Shown here in pieces: positions 62,016 to 64,000 of a stretch of 64,000 nucleotides of DNA; position 1 is the stretch's first letter; the number at the start of each line of letters is the position of its first letter. A program made the position numbers and the translations under genes. The DNA is from Azolla caroliniana (Eukaryota > Plantae > Polypodiophyta). The notes under the pieces were generated by a model. That model did no database searches. It had not been told where the DNA came from and was given only the letters and a program-made list of their open reading frames with translations. Location of the stretch: NCBI GenBank assembly GCA_043228905.1, contig JBHGNT010000001.1, forward strand, positions 24,614,001-24,678,000, read 5' to 3'.

Positions 62016-62959
62016 AAGTGATTTTGTATATTTTCTTTTCATATTCAATATTCCATAGGAAACAAATACATAGAAAACCGTGTGCACAAAACCATGGTTT
62101 AGCCCATGGTTTTAGCTCGTGGTTTTAGCCCATGGTTTTGCATGGAGAGACCAATAAAAACCTCCAGTTGGGCTTGTGTAAGGGGGGAAGCTATGTATTG
62201 AAGGAAGAAACTTCTAATAAAGATATAGTCATCTTATTGGTGATGTATTTTGTCTCTAAAAATTGAAGTCAAGGGTTCAATCTCTCTATCTATCTTAAAT
62301 ACTTTCTCTCTTATGCTAGTACAAACTTCAAATCCTTTTGGTCTAGGACCCTGGTGGTTCCGCTTCATTTCATGAACACACAAGGATTTCCTCGACATCT
62401 TTCTTGGTGAATCCAACATGAAGAAGCGGTAGGAAGGATCAAGATGAGGACTGACCGATACTTGGAGAGTTCGAAAGAATGATGGTAATCCTTGAACAAA
62501 TGATGAGATCTCGAGACAATGATGCGAGCATGGAGAAGGTTGTCGACCGTGTCATGGAGGTCAAGGGTCAATTTGATGGAAGGAACATTACGAAGTTCCT
62601 TGATGCATACAAAAGGGAGATGAATCAGAGGGACGTGTCTGAAACACGTCAAATCTCAAGTTTCAAGAGAGTTGTCGCCAACAATGTCCAAAGGCGGGTC
62701 ATCGAGCTTCAAGAAGGGAAGACAACATGGTCCGAGTTTGAGAAAGCAATATTAGCGAAGTTTGCGACGGAAGATTTGTCGAGGATGACTCGACATGTCT
62801 TGATGAAGTGGATAGAGAAGAAAAATAAGACGATGAGCGCCTCGAGGGTATACGACGAGTTCAGCCAGATGTTTAGTCATCTCCCCGCCACAGACCAAGT
62901 GGAAGGAACATTACGAAGTTCCTTGATGCATACAAAAGGGAGATGAATTAGAGGGACAT

Positions 62960-63840
62960 TGTCGTGAAGTTATTGCTTCACGATGTCAAAACAATGTCAA
63001 AAATCTATAGAAAGAAATTTCCTATATGGAGCTTGTGACGAGAAGCATGTGCAAATTTTCGGTTTGTGAATTGGAGTTTAGGAGCCCAAGATACAAGCCT
63101 CGGAAGGATTAATGTTACTCGGGACACAAATATAATTATGTCAAAAGGGGGAGTCAAAATTAAATGAGGTCTATTTCTATAATTTCTCAAATGTACAACT
63201 ACAAAATCGAATTTGTAGAATCAATAAATAAAATAATATTAAATATAAATAAATAAATAAAAATAAAGATAAAGATAAAAAAATATCAACCGCCTCAAGA
63301 GGGTGGTAGGGCGGTTGACCACCCTATATAAGCCACGCCCATGGTGGCTAAAGGGGGAAGAAGGGGGAGAAGGGTAATAAGAAGAGAAAGGAAAAGCGAG
63401 TGAAGAAGCTCGCGTGGGTGTGGGATGCAGAGCTCGCCAAGTTAAAGTGGTGTATCTTAGATCCCTCTTTGTAAACAAAAGGTCAAGAGTTTGAATCCTC
63501 TTAGAACAACTTCTTTTGGTAATCAAATTTTGTAATATAAATTTAGTATATATAGAGTGAAAGAGAAAGAAAAATAAATAGAAACCAATTGAAGTGCTTT
63601 ATCTCAAACACTTCTTCTCAAATAGAGTTCATGAGTTCAAGTCTTGCCAAGTAACTTTTGGCAAATAAATATTGTAAGTGGTTGTTTTACAAATAAAATG
63701 CTTTTCGCGACAACGTCACATCTATCTTGCCTTCTCGGCTTCTTGTCATCGCACCATCTGCGATTACGCCTTGTCACCCCAATCATCCCCGAGTCACAGA
63801 ACCCCGGCAGTTGCGACACACAACCACAATCTTCTCGACA
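62960..63840 (+). mobile_element. Solo LTR K (TGTCGTGAAG group) inserted in a duplicated gag segment of element J
   Basis: TGTCGTGAAG...CTCGACA, 881 bp, TSD ACAT/ACGT. The empty site AGGGACGTGTCT is visible in the upstream gag copy (62629-62640). Confidence 0.87.
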
Positions 63841-64000
63841 ACGTGTCTAAAGCACGTAAAATCTCAAGTTTCAAGAGAGTTGCCGCCAACAATGTCCAAA
63901 GGCAGGTCATCGAGCTTCAAGAAGGGAAGACAACATGGTCCGAGTTCAAGAAAGCAATATTAGCAGAGTTTGCGACAGAAAATTTGTTGAGGATGACTGG

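Larger units (their letters stand above)
61709..64000 (+). mobile_element. 5' part of a third Trp-primed Gypsy element (J), running off the window
   Basis: LTR 61709-62397 (TGTCGTGAAG...CTCGACA), degenerate Trp PBS TGGTGAATCCAACATGA (62405-62421), gag ORF 62479-62946 (GQFDGRNITKFL). Confidence 0.87.

Noticed and set aside
63701-63715. Alternative right end of solo LTR K (TCGCGACA followed by ACGT)
   Set aside because: The interrupted gag copy resumes only at 63841, which fixes the outer end at 63840.

Overview
Land-plant nuclear DNA, probably from a fern or other seed-free plant (an inference from long introns, an intronless PLS-type PPR gene and Tcn1-like/tRNA-Trp-primed Gypsy elements). 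A two-gene island sits between two clusters of nested LTR retrotransposons: a 12-coding-exon SEC23 gene (+, 23089-38134, 763 aa) and a convergent PPR gene (-, 40192-42552). The left cluster (1-16.9 kb) is a decayed Copia holding a very young full-length Gypsy (486-7649), a full-length Copia (8920-14475) and a solo LTR. SEC23 introns hold a LINE fragment and a full-length Copia flanked by a perfect 25-bp target-site duplication (TSD). The right cluster (45-64 kb) is nested four deep (Gypsy fragment > Gypsy > chromovirus > two solo LTRs), followed by a decayed Copia, another Gypsy and a solo LTR. Four observations stand out: (1) tRNA-like A-box/B-box modules with tRNA spacing in the LTRs of several different Gypsy families, mostly antisense in U3; (2) a conserved GGAUUUU slippery site plus candidate pseudoknot between gag-protease and RT-RH-INT; (3) 4-bp TSDs centred on CpG for the Trp-primed family; (4) the 25-bp TSD. 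All coordinates were read by eye and no searches were run.
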